From NCBI RefSeq assembly GCF_022539665.2, contig NC_081332.1:6076001-6140000 (forward strand): a stretch of DNA of 64,000 nt, written 5' to 3'. The notes under the pieces were generated by a model. The model made no database searches, had not been told where the DNA came from, and saw nothing but the letters and a program-made list of their open reading frames with translations. Shown here piece by piece: positions 11,152 to 23,608 of the stretch. Positions within the stretch are counted from its first letter, which is position 1. The number at the start of each line of letters is the position of its first letter. The translations under genes and the position numbers were made by a program. The DNA comes from Daphnia carinata (lineage: Eukaryota).

Positions 11152-13739
11152 TTAAAACAACTTCTGCAGGTAAGATCGGAAATTGTATAAGGCAACGACA
11201 GCTGTGGCAACGACGGCCGTTCCGGTACTCCAAAGGAGTTTTGTAACCACCTACAAAAAAAAGAGAGAAGAACAGGTGTTAGCTTTATATCTGCCCATAT
11301 ATTAATATCAATAATCTTACGCGATCCTGCCACTTTTTGTTTTCGATACACAAGTGATAGCGCATCCTCGAGAAAGTCACCGAAGTGTACAGTGGGACCC
11401 ACCAGTTAGGGAACAGCCAATGCATGACGGTGTCGAAGCGCTTCCTTACCAAAAATGAAAAGCGATTCACCAGGTCTCGCATCTACACATCGTCATAAAT
11501 GAAAAACAACGTCTTGAATAGTGACCTTAGGACAAGAATCAAGAATTCCAAACCTCAATGAAATTGTACAGAGCCAAATCGCAAATCGCGTGTGCGTCTA
11601 CGTGACGATATTCCGTGTAAGCTGGTAAGACTTTTTCTAAATTATGGTCCCCATACTGATTAAGGAATTCGTTAAAAACCAGGCAGTCCTCGAAACCCTG
11701 TATAAATTTTGCAATCGATGATCTCCTTATTCAGATATACTTTACAAAACGAATAGCTTACAGCATTCATTCCTTGTCCATAGAAAGGCACCATGGCATG
11801 AGCTGCATCGCCCATTAGTAAAGCTTTTCCGGCTTGATGGGGATAGCACTTAGACATGGATCAACAACGTTAGGTAAACTTGCAGTTCGAAGTGAAAAAT
11901 ATTCAACGTTAACATGGTAATAATTACTTTAACAGAGATGAGTCCCGATGGTTTGGTAGCGAAGTAATCTTTCACGAGCCTTTCCTTTCCGATTAAAGGT
12001 AATGAATCGGCATAATGAGTTTGAAAGAACGCGATCAATTTCTCGGGAGTTGTCAGTTGCTCAAACATTTCGTGTGGCATAAAAAGTGTCACAGTCCATG
12101 AAGCATCTTGATTGGGTAACGCAATCATCATAAAGGAACCTCGAGGCCAGATGTGTAAACATTTCGGATTCATGGCGAACTATGGTTCAATATGTTTAGA
12201 TTTCCGAAATCTTATTCATTGCTATTGGAAAATCTCAAACTTACATTTCCAGAAGCTGTTGGAGGTATGCATAGTTCCAGATAATAACACGGAATATACT
12301 CCTAAATTCAAATACGATTAAAATTATAACTGCAATCGTCTCAGGCACCGTAAACTTACTTGTGAGTAATTGAAACGTGCTCTTTTCATGAACTGCTTGC
12401 GTACGGCAGAGTAAGCACCGTCAGTGCCGAGAATCAGATCGGCATTCGTTTCTACGATTTCTCCGTTGTTGAGACTACGATTTGAAGACGAAGTGAGATA
12501 ATTTTATAGTCATAGTATAAAGGATAATTAATTCTCACTTTTTAAAAGTCATGGTGCCCTTGTCCAGGTCAGAATCCACCATCTTGTGGGCAAAATTGAA
12601 ATGGACGTTCGGCAGCTTTTCCGCGGCTGTAATTTAAATGAAATTGATAAGAAAATGGATTAATGCATCCGTATCCTAGCAATAAAATTACCATTCAGGA
12701 GAACCTCGTTGACGAAACGACGACCAACGGAGTAAATGCACTGAACACGGAGAAATTTTTTTTATTGCGTCACACAAAGAATCGAGTAACGAGCATTTTT
12801 AAGCTATTAACAATACGAGTGTTTGCCAATTTTTACCTGTCCTTTTTTTCCGTAGGGAATTTGATAAGTAGAGCCGTCCACCCGATGGATCATGCGCGAT
12901 TCCATCGGAAGCCCGTGATTTTTGATGATCTCATCTTCTAGTCCAACTTCTTTCAGTCCCGAACGCCCCCGGATTGACATAGCCAAATTGATACTCCTAC
13001 CTGGCACATGCTCCATTAGCCTAATGTCTAAAGAAAAACAGTCGGTGAAAACATGACTTTCTAATGAGTTCTTAACGACCGTCCTCTACGTTTGAATTTT
13101 TAAAAGGGCGTTTTTACCATCTCGTAGTTCGTACAGCTCGACATGATGTCCACGTTTGGCCATATAGCATGCCTGCAGCGATCCTACCTTTGGAATATAA
13201 AAGAATGCTGAACATTTTTGTGTCGAAAAACGGCAGGTCAATTATTACTACGCAAACGGCGGACAACGAAACCTTACGACGTTAGCCGGTGAATCCATTC
13301 AAACGTCACCCGTCCGTATATGACATCTTACCCCGCCATGAAGTTTTAACATAACAACATGGCTTTGTAAGTGCATTTTAAAATTTTATTGTGACGTCAT
13401 CAATATTATACTAAAACGACTTTATTTTAGGATGGAACTAGTAAAGATAATAGCGTTATAGAACTTTCCGCAGAGAAACCTCCAGGGTTGATACTGCCGG
13501 AGATGCCAAAACAAGGTCGTTCTCTAAATGGTCAGGCTATTTGTTAACAGCCTTCATAGGAATATGGCATTGGCATTGCTATAACAACACTACCAATTTA
13601 CATAACAAAGTTTAACAAAAAAAAGAGCTAACAACTTCGATTCTGTTATCGTGCGCTTACATAAGCAAGGAGTGTAACTTACCAATCCGCCGCCAACCAC
13701 AGCAATTTTGAGTTTCTTCTGCGGATCTCGGCTGGTCAT
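11152..13739 (-). CDS. KMO: kynurenine 3-monooxygenase (cinnabar ortholog), multi-exon
   Basis: [12 protein letters not shown]-binding start, [64 protein letters not shown]-terminal hydrophobic anchor exon ([22 protein letters not shown]...LF*). Confidence 0.95.
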
Positions 13740-14554
13740 TTTCAAAAATTAGCAACGCGATATAGACTGCACCTAGACTCCCTCAAACAAGATTGAGATG
13801 CGAAAAAATTGCAACTAGCGGATTGCTATGTGGACTGATTCTGATTGGGAACTGTGAATTTATTGGTTGGAGCAGAAGCACCAGTCTGACCTGTTGTGAG
13901 GTGCGATCGAACGACGACTGCGCGAGGCCGACTGCGTAGCAACATGCATACATTAGGACTTCTTGAACAAAACAGCCTCAGGGAGGAACATATAGTTTCA
14001 AAGGCCTTTAGGAAATGCATTTCGTCTGCGGGGGAAACGGAAAACATGCAGACAACAAACGGAAACGCGAAGTCGAAAAAGTGCCCTTCGCTGGAATACA
14101 TGAAATGTGATCTACGGTTTAAGCACAGCAATGATGGGTACCTACTTCGTAAGGCTGTACTTCCGTTCGATTACATCCGTTTTTCCTCTACCGAAGTAAT
14201 GTAATATTGATATGGACAGTTCCGACCCAATCCATAATCCAATAGGACAAGTATAATTGTATTTTGTATAGAAACAGTGAATTGATTAATAAGGCATTGT
14301 TTTTATTCATTTCTACATGATAAAATTCATTTAATGTTCTGCATTTCAACACTTGTCGCCTTACAAACAAGACGTTTTAACGCGAACTTAAACTATACTT
14401 ATAATTTTCAGGATATTCTCCTTGTCGTTTAGAAAACGGACACGAGATGGCGTAAAAGAATATTGACGTGTCAGCCTGCTCTTAGGAGTTCAGACGAAAA
14501 AGTGTCACTTTGAACGCATGTGACTAGTGAAACTTTACGATATACACGAAAGAA

Positions 14555-15264
14555 ATGGTGGACGAAGCGACTCGGAAAAGTTTGAGCGGTATCCCTTTGC
14601 TTAAAACTAAAGCTGGCCCTCGCGACAAAGAGCTTTGGGTTCAAAGGTTGAAAGAGGAATTCCAGGCACTCATCAAGTATGTCGAAACAAACAAGCAACA
14701 GGATAATGACTGGTTTAGACTCGAATCCAATAAAGAAGGCACCAGGTGGTTTGGCAAATGTTGGTACATACAAGATCTGCTAAAGTATGAGTTTGATGTT
14801 GAATTTGATGTGAGTAAACCTTTTCTACTTATTTGATTGAGACACCTTGTTATCACTATAGTAAAACATAAGAGAAATGTAAAAAAGCTTGCTGTGTAAT
14901 AACAACAATCTTTTTCGCACCAAAAGATTCCAGTAACCTATCCAACTACAGCACCTGAAATTGCTCTGCCAGAGTTGGATGGAAAAACTGCCAAGATGTA
15001 CCGTGGTGGAAAAATTTGTCTAACTGACCATTTTAAGCCCCTTTGGGCTAGAAATGTTCCCAAATTTGGAATAGCTCATGCTATGGCTCTTGGGGTATGT
15101 ATGGCCTTTTAAAATTAGTTGAGGGAGAATAAGTGATGATTGCCAATCATGTTCCTGGAAATTAACATAAAAATAATCTTATGTTATTGCAGCTAGGACC
15201 ATGGTTGGCTGTAGAAATTCCCGATCTTATCCAGAAAGGTGTCATCGTATATAAAGAAAAGTAA
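14555..15264 (+). CDS. UFC1: ubiquitin-fold modifier-conjugating enzyme 1 (3 exons)
   Basis: [24 protein letters not shown]...[21 protein letters not shown]; exon 2 [56 protein letters not shown]; exon 3 [16 protein letters not shown]. Confidence 0.97.
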
Positions 15265-15724
15265 TGCAACATATTTTCATTTTGTGTTGTACTTCTGTTG
15301 CAAAATGTAAAAACAAAAACAAAAAACAAAAACAAAAACAAGCGAGCGATTTAAATGTATTGTACTGCACGGGAAAAGAATACAGACGAACTGCTTTTAT
15401 TATGCAAGGATCCAAGGAAGCCATGCACATCGATTAATTTTATCGATTCAACTAACTACGTTGCATAGGTATGCAATTGAAAAAAAAAATCCGAGCCCTT
15501 TTCCCTACACCGTTCATATACATATACTTCTGTACCATGCTCTATGTAAAAAAACCTTCCATGTCTTCTTCATACGTTCGCTCTCCCCCATTTACCGCCT
15601 GCTTTATGTCTCCATGACAACGAAAAGCTTGATGGGGTCAATAGATCGAAGTTGCTCCTCACCGCACAACTAGTTGTATGCATTTTGTGTCTTAATTCAC
15701 GTTCAATCTTCAGGGAGAACGCTC

Positions 15725-18305
15725 ATGTCGCTGCATTTTAGTGCGAATCAGGTAAGGTTCATTATTCATTTCTAATAGAATTGTAACAAAAATAAAGCTT
15801 AGTTTTAGACAAGCACTGTTCCTAGGATTACTAAACAACAGGACACTGGTCCGCTCGATTATAACTATTATTACTGGGGGCATACGTTACAATTGTCCCC
15901 GATTCTTCCAGGTTGAGTAATTGTTTAAAGGCATTATGCAAACGATTGAGGTATTAAGCGGATAACAGTCTTTTTTCTCACTAGACTCCCGCCCTTTTGT
16001 TGTAGTTACGATGGCTTGATGGAAAATCCATTCGCTTCTCGTGGGACACATTTTTCTACTCTCGTGCTTCTTTTTTCCCCCCTTTAACATTACCGTCCAA
16101 GTGGCGCAGAGACAGATGGGGTATCTCGATTGAATTTGTCAGCTAAAAAAAAGCGAGTCGCAGGTGCCGTTGTGTTGAACGTAGATCTATGTAGCTGTTC
16201 CAGTCCAGTCGACCAGACGTCTGTAAAAATCCATCGCTTTACGTGAACAATTAATTGAATTTTACAACTGCAAAAAAAAACATCGATCGTCTTAAAAAAT
16301 GTACTCTTATCAACGTGTAGTTTGAAGATGCTTACGCACCGCAGCGGCTTGGCAACTGGCAAGTGCCAAAGAATTTTCAAGAGCGGCCCCGGATTCGACT
16401 TGGTGCAACCCGCACAGTTGCTGATGACAATGGTCATTTTGTCGGTGGCCTCCCATCAGGCGGACGGAAGAATAATAACCACCATCTAAGATTTCAGGTA
16501 GCCTTACGTTAATTACGGACTTGCTAAAAAAATAACTTGGATATCATTTTCTTTTTCAGAGCGCACCATTGCCAAAGACGAACCAACTCTTTATTTCTGG
16601 TTTGGCGGTGTCGACGGCCAAACCAGCTAAGTTAGCCAATAAAGGCAATCAGCCATCGGGTGGATCGAACGAAACTGCATCGTCTCGAAAAATCCAATCT
16701 TCAGTGGAAAACGAGCAAGAGTTGCGTGAAGAAGACGAGGAGAGTGGAGAGAACGATTTGCGAAGTGGGAAAGACGAAAGCCATCTTCAACTTTTGAAAC
16801 CACTGAGCAAACTTTCGTCATCCATGCTTCCCGAAAATCCACGTAAAGCGGCCATGGTCTTGGCCGCTCGCCAAAAAAACCACCGACCTCTGCCCGATCT
16901 GATGTTGGAGTCGCGTGACGTGCTCATTCCGCGCAACTGGAACCAGCCGGAAGCGTCGGCCGTGACGGTGGAGACGACCAAAGCCAAGGGACCAACCTCG
17001 TGCACCAAACGGATGGTGGTCCGTTTGCTCCCCGAGGGCGAATCGGTGATAGAACGCCGTCCGAACGTGATGGAATTGGCCATCAAGTGGGACGTCACCA
17101 GCCCGCCATCCAGCGCAAGAACGCGAAATATTAATCTTGCTGCCGCTAATACCAAACCCGTTGAAAAAACACTTGAATGGCTCTACGATGCTCCGGTCAT
17201 CCAACGCTCAATCAGCCGACCTGAATTGAGAAACCAACCTATCAATAGCTCAATTAGTCAAGCTCAAAAATCGCCTCCTTCCGATTCAGCGCATGGAAGT
17301 GCCCGTTCCAATGATAGTATGGCTTCGGGTAGAAGCCATCAATGTCCACTGAAGAATGCGGAAACGGCTGTCAATCGAAGCCGATCAGAGTTAGGATCCG
17401 AACCGGAATCGACCAACAATAGTCCACGTTGGCCGAAAGATACCAATAAGGCGGCGCTGGCTGACCTTGACGAACCAGTCAAGAACACGTACAGATCCGC
17501 CGTTTCGTCCGCAAGTCCGCCAAAGAATCACTTTCTCGTTTCCACTTCCGCTTTCGAAGCCAAGGCAAACGAACGGAGTGAGCCAATCATGCTACCAGAA
17601 TATCCACTTCAACGCCGATCTCCTGTCCTTCAGTCATTCGCTTCCAAATCTCTTCCTACCGAGCCTAAACAAAGTATGCATCAGCCCCCATTTCCGTTGA
17701 ATGAATATCCGCCGCAACATACGGAATCAGCTACTTCGAACCATTATCGTGCTCGTGATTCTCAACCATCACCACATCATCAATGTGATCACGATTCAGG
17801 TATCGGAGATGTACAGGATAGGCCAGACATCGAAGAAGAGGAGTACGAAGATCGACACGAAGATCCGGACAACGGGATTCGCCATTCCGGTCAGTTATTA
17901 CGCAGCACTTCTCGACCTTGTTTGGCTTGCCATTCGTCACCGCAACCGAATAACAAAAGCATTATTAAGAATCATAAGAAGGCGCCTTACAAACAAGCCA
18001 TGAAAGCAGGAAAGCCTTGCCTCAAAAACCAAGTGGAATTGGAGAAAGTGATTCAACGGAGACAGAGCTACCGTGCTCCCAAACCGGCGCCGTTAAGCTC
18101 TCACGCACGTCACATCCGCGGTACGTTGGCCCCTCCGCTGTCTGCCGGCATCGGCAACGAGCCGATAGTCGATTATCCCGATTTCAAACGACTGGATTCG
18201 ACTTACCGGCTGTCTTACGGGGCCCACACGCAAACTCAACGTCGACGCCCGAAGACACTGACGGCCATATTGAACGAGAAGAATTGCCGGCAATGGAGGT
18301 CATAA
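15725..18305 (+). CDS. CFAP126: Flattop/CFAP126-like protein with a long low-complexity C-terminal extension, about 649 aa
   Basis: Exons 15725-15751, 16321-16497 and 16560-18305, all phase 0. The N-terminus MSLHFSANQFEDAYAPQRLGNWQVP...TRTVADDNGHFV matches the Flattop signature (SANQ[YF]E.A...L.NW...T..IA.D.GH) as I recall it. Confidence 0.75.
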
Positions 18306-18644
18306 ACATTCCATCTGCAGTGGTGCCCCAATATCTCTAGTCAATCGTTACGAAACACTGCCACTTCATTATTTCCATCGTCCTGTTCTTTCCATTTTTT
18401 TTTTAGTTGAATATGATCATCGTTTAATCAGACTTGCAAACAAATCCGTGCACGTTGTTTCGTCCTTTTTGGATCTTCATATTTCATATAACGTTCTTCG
18501 CAATTTCACTTTTTAGCTCAATATTATTATCTTGTCACCTCTTTTTAATTACTCATTTCTTTATGTTTTCGATTGACGTTTTTTGGCCGATTCGTTTTGA
18601 AAGCGGGAAGAAAGCACAACGAATACAACTTGATCTCTATTGTC

Positions 18645-20377
18645 ATGCGCGGAAGATGCTGGATTTTTTCCTCCCCCGTACTGATGTCCCTTCCGCTGAT
18701 TGGTGAACCGGCAGCAGGATGTTCTGTTCTAGCTTTTGCGGATTGGTTCTCTCCTTATATCCTTGACTGCTACGGTGATCCGGATGCCTACCTACTTGGA
18801 CGAAAACAACGAGTAGACCAAAGCGATTGCAGCTTCCCATCGCCGAAGATCATCCCAGTTGCAGTCCCGCTTCTATATTATTCTGCATACGGTTTGGAAA
18901 GGTAACTATTTAAAACCTTAAGCGCTAGTGAACTTGTAATTTAGCAAAATGTTATTTTATTTTTTAAATATTTAAAACTCCAAATGACTGATAGTTGAGT
19001 AATAGCTAGTTTACCTGCTGGGTCTAAATTGACAAGTTTTATCCAAGCGCTTTGCTTGAATCTTTTATCTTACATGTCGTAAAGCTTATGCTGAGTGTTG
19101 ATAATGTTTTACACAAAAGATTGGAAAAAGAAAAGACAAGATTGATTGAAGAGAATTGATAGCCCTGTATAACGTAATAGATGTTGGGAGGGGCGCAAAA
19201 TAACAGCGTTGGGACTACCGGAGAAATAATATCGAGGGGTGTTACCCATCCGTGTCAGTGTTATTTCCCAGCGGAGCGCTCCTGTTCACTCCGTTGCTGA
19301 CGCACAATCACCCCTTTTTTTTCTAGTCAAAACATACCCCTTCCGTTCAGTTTAGAAATTGATTGTATAATGTGAATTAAAAAAAAAATAGGAGTCAATG
19401 CTGATGGATGAAAAAAGGGGAATTTATGGTGTTACTAAAAAAAAATAGGAACAGACCTAGGTATGTTGCTAATTTTATTTTAATCCACTGAAATCTAATT
19501 TGATGGCAGTAACGTTAACAAATTTAGGTTACAATAACGTAGATGCTCATGTCTTAGAAAATGCGATCTCAATTTGCAAAATTTCAGTATTCTGAAAGGT
19601 TTAGTTTCGTTAACGATTGGGAAAATGACGCGGAAACTCATCGGATTATGGAAGCAGTAGGATAGAGAATGTCCTGTTGTAAGATTGTTCGCTCATTGGA
19701 TTGTGTTGGCTCAACGTTAAGCACTTTGGGGCAATGACAACAACACGAATGTATTAAACGGAAAACTAACGTCAACCAGCTTGTTCAAACCCTTCCAAAA
19801 GCGTATCAATTATTCTTTTTCCCTCGTCCTACAGGGAATTACAAGCGGGTAACTGCTCATTGAGAATAGAAAACCTCTTTTCTCACTGCCACTACAAAAG
19901 TCGAGTTCCAGAAGGAGAACTAAACATGAGCTATTCCATGCCTCACTATCATCCAGGATCGGACCTAGGGCTCAATGCACAGCTGCAAACCAATACAGTC
20001 ACGTCATCTTCTATCCCGCCATCCAACACTTATGCCCAGTTTCATCAAGATGAAAAGCTATCAAAAAAGAAGTAAACATATCTAATGCCTATAAATGCCC
20101 CTATTCAAGTTGCGCTTTAAAAATTAGGAATTTAAGGACGCCTCCTGGAGTGACATTGAGCCGAGAAGAACGAAGGCGTCGACGGAGGGCGACGCCCAAA
20201 TACCGGTCAGCTCACGCGTCCCGTGAGCGCGTTCGCGTAGAGGCCTTCAATTCCGCTTTCGCTGATCTCAGAAAGCTACTTCCAACTCTTCCACCGGACA
20301 AGAAACTCTCCAAGATCGAGATCCTCCGTCTGGCTATCTGTTACATTGGCTATCTCAATCACGTTCTTGATGTCTAG
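18645..20377 (+). CDS. NHLH: bHLH transcription factor, NHLH/HEN (NSCL, Drosophila HLH4C) family
   Basis: [71 protein letters not shown] at 20150-20377. Upstream exons 19835-~20071 and 18645-18901 join in phase 2. The start is uncertain; an alternative ATG lies at 19926. Confidence 0.88.
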
Positions 20378-20795
20378 ATTCAATTTCCACTATGGTATTA
20401 GCTTTATCGGTTTTGTGTGTAAATACAGCATCTTGTAATATTCAACAATGTTTAGGTGTAGTGAGATCCAATACAAAAGAACTTGTATCACTGCGATTTT
20501 CCGCCAATTACCGTTACCCTCGCAACTGGCGGATCACAGATGGTCTCGTGGTTGATTTTGAGGAAGCTTAATGGTGTCATTGGCAGGATGTCTTTTATCC
20601 ACAAGAGGGGAGGGGAAAGAACCCACACGGAGGCAGCACGGGGACAAAAAAAAGTCAGTTAATAAATGCAAACGATCACGGATACATTTGCATAAAAAAA
20701 CGTATCGAGCAAATCTTGTGTGTGGAGTGGAAGGCTCTTGTTTATTACGTTGGTGACTATACAACAGCACAGGGGAGGGAGTGATGCGGTTTTAA

Positions 20796-21621
20796 TCACT
20801 TACTTAATATACGCTTCAGACCGACTGTAGCATCGAAAAGGGTGGGATTTTTAAATTCACCCTTCATGTCGATCACGAAATAGCCCATATAGCCTTTGAC
20901 TTTCACCGGAAGAGAGACAGGAGCACGGCTTCGCGACTGAGTAGCACTCACCTAGATTAAGATCGGAAAAAAATTTTAAGCAGTTTAACGAGGCACTCTA
21001 GTGACTCTTTTTGAACTATCTTACGTTTCTGAGCGGCGTCTCCACATATCTTATTTTATTGAATGGCGCATATGTTATGATGGTGATGTCTTTGCCTCCC
21101 TTCCTCAAAACAATATTTTTAATGGACTTTAGTGAAAACATCCAACTACCCCCCAGAATCAAAACTCCTGTGGAAAAATTTTAATTTTTTATACTATCTA
21201 TTTGTGGTGAAAAGATGTCATTCTACTTACCAAGTGCAAGACATACACCTGTAATGCCTCTCCTGTATTTTTCTTCTCCTAAGTTTATTGAACGATACCA
21301 TGGGAGATTTGAATTTGAGTCTTGTTTTGGGACTGGTACATCTTTTAACGTGGACAGAGAGAATTCAGCGAGGTAGAACCAAAAACCCAACTGCGTCAGA
21401 GCAAATATGTTGAGATACTTGTGAAACTGAGGATTGTGATGGGCATAAAGGACAACATCCTTGGCTACGTTAGTGTCCATTTCCCAAGCAGGTTTTGTTG
21501 AAAACTTCGTATGGTTAACAACCTTTGTTACGGTACTATTGTCTTTTAAACGATTTACATGACGAGATAATAGCAATGGCCACGGACGAAAAAAAGAAGA
21601 GAGCTTCATCAAGGCTGCCAT
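20796..21621 (-). CDS. TMEM223: transmembrane protein 223 (mitochondrial), 3 exons
   Basis: Arg/Ser-rich presequence-like N-terminus; TNVAKDVVLY...FWFYLAE; LRKGGKDITIITYAPF; C-terminal PVKVKG...FVIDMKGEFKNPTLFDATVGLKR. Confidence 0.85.
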
Positions 21622-22216
21622 TGTTCCTGACAGCGAGTAGCACCTTCGGAAAGGTAATTTTTTATTTATGGTAACTAAATGAGAAGAAACTTAGTTAAGT
21701 TTAAGTTAATAGTTAGTTACTAAACCAGCTTACTGAAACCGCTTAACCTATACACGTGAAAATTCAGTGTATGGTTGTCTTAGAGATCAATCTTTAAAAA
21801 ACCATGGGTAAACAAAACCCTGTCTCACTCGGGATTTTTTCTCTTCTGTGGCCCAGTAGGCCAGTGGCTGCACAATTTGGTCGGCCTGGTCGGCTGTCAG
21901 GCGCAGTTCAGTACAGCAAAAAATTAAACGTGAACTGGACACACACTCTTATATCAAGGTCTTCTTATTATAGTTGGTAAAAATGATTTCGATAGAGAAG
22001 CATGTGAGCGCTATGCGTAAAAATCTGAAGGTTTCGTTAAAGTCGGAAAAATAATGGATGGATGCCGCAATTCGATATTATAAATAGCATTAACGGAAAT
22101 GTTTGTTTTCTCACCTATCTATAATTTATTTGCTTTACTAATGGAAATATTTTTACAAAACTAAGTGTAATTTGGAACTTAAATACTTGAATTGTATCAG
22201 CTGGTTTCCCATAAGA

Positions 22217-22972
22217 ATGACCGTAGGTAAGAGAGCACGAGCTGGAATTTACCACGAAACGCAGACCGGAAATCTATGTGCCCTTCACGCCATCAATAAT
22301 CTTTTGCAAGATGCTGTTTTCACAGCGAACGATTTGATCCACATAGGGCAGGAACTGGATAAGAACGAGAGAGCTCTAATCCAATCATCCTCAGGTGACG
22401 TTGATGATAGTTTGGAACTTCCTCAGAATCTTGATCTCAGCGGTAACTTTTCTATACAGGTGATCATCGTCGCATTGGCTTTCTGTGGATTAGAACTGGT
22501 ATCACTGAACAGCTCAGATCCACGAGCTATTTTAGCAGACCAAAACACATACAGCCAACAAGCGTTCCTCTGTCATAAAAATGACCACTGGTTTACAATA
22601 CGTAAGTTTGGATCAAAATGGTTCAACCTCAATTCGCTACTTCCACGTCCCAAAAAAGTGTCTCACAACGGGAGTCATCTTTCTCTTTTCGCTACCAAGG
22701 AGCTCAGAGACCGTTACACCGGAATATTTGTTGTGTTTGGAAATTTACCCAATGCCGAAACAAAGGAATCGGATGAAAGTGGTGATTCTGGTCGTAGTCC
22801 TGAGGACCCTATTGGAATTTCGCCCATTTCACTTAATCAAGAGCCACAACAGTGCATCCTCCGTGATGACAAAGGTCCTTCTACAGATCGTTATCCGATA
22901 AACCAAGAACGTAAATGGAGGCAAACGATTGCAAATTTACTGAAGCTGTTGCATGGAGAATGGAAAAGTTAA
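22217..22972 (+). CDS. ataxin-3-like Josephin-domain deubiquitinase, intronless, without UIM/polyQ tail
   Basis: IYHETQTGNLCALHAINNLLQ (catalytic Cys), NLDLSGNFSIQVI, DHWFTIRKFGSKWFNLNSLL (catalytic His and Asn). Confidence 0.88.
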   Translation: MTVGKRARAGIYHETQTGNLCALHAINNLLQDAVFTANDLIHIGQELDKNERALIQSSSGDVDDSLELPQNLDLSGNFSIQVIIVALAFCGLELVSLNSSDPRAILADQNTYSQQAFLCHKNDHWFTIRKFGSKWFNLNSLLPRPKKVSHNGSHLSLFATKELRDRYTGIFVVFGNLPNAETKESDESGDSGRSPEDPIGISPISLNQEPQQCILRDDKGPSTDRYPINQERKWRQTIANLLKLLHGEWKS

Positions 22973-23608
22973 ATGTTGCAAATACCAATCGTGATATGTA
23001 ACTGGAAATAAAAAATAACACTTGTCTGAAAACAGAAAAAACTAATAGAATCTGATTTGGTTTTCTAGCTGCAAATCGTACTCATTTTTTTCTCTCGTGG
23101 TCGTGGACATTCGTACAACGTACGAATTTCATAAAATAATTAGCTAAAATTAGTGGGTAGACGTGGTGACTACAGCACTCTACAAAACGAGGTGTTCTAT
23201 GCTTTCTCATCAACAGAATTTATGTTCGTATCGATATTCACGGCAAACTGTTGGAATACGGAAGCGTAGCAGACGCTCAGCTAGCACCAAGATCGTCGGG
23301 TCTCCGTCTCCTGTTGGGGAAGAGTGGCTGTAGAAAGGTTGCAAAATTATTGGATTATTGGGTGCAATTGTAGAGGCCGGTATTGCATAATGCCTGTGCC
23401 ATAAAAGGTAGGAATTGATAAGGTATTTCAACACTTCACTATTGTCACGTTTACTACGGCGTGTTTTTCGTTGTAGTTTTTCACGAACGCGTGTTGTCAG
23501 CCCTCGGCTTTCATATCCTACTTAATGTAAGTGGGAAGCAGAGTACGATACTAGTACTCCGAGATTTCTTTCAGGCCGTTATCTGCGTGTTTCGGTTTTC
23601 CATCTAAC

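Noticed and set aside
13826..14204. ~100-aa ORFs between KMO and UFC1
   Set aside because: Non-ATG starts and no recognisable homology; they lie in a probable bidirectional promoter region.
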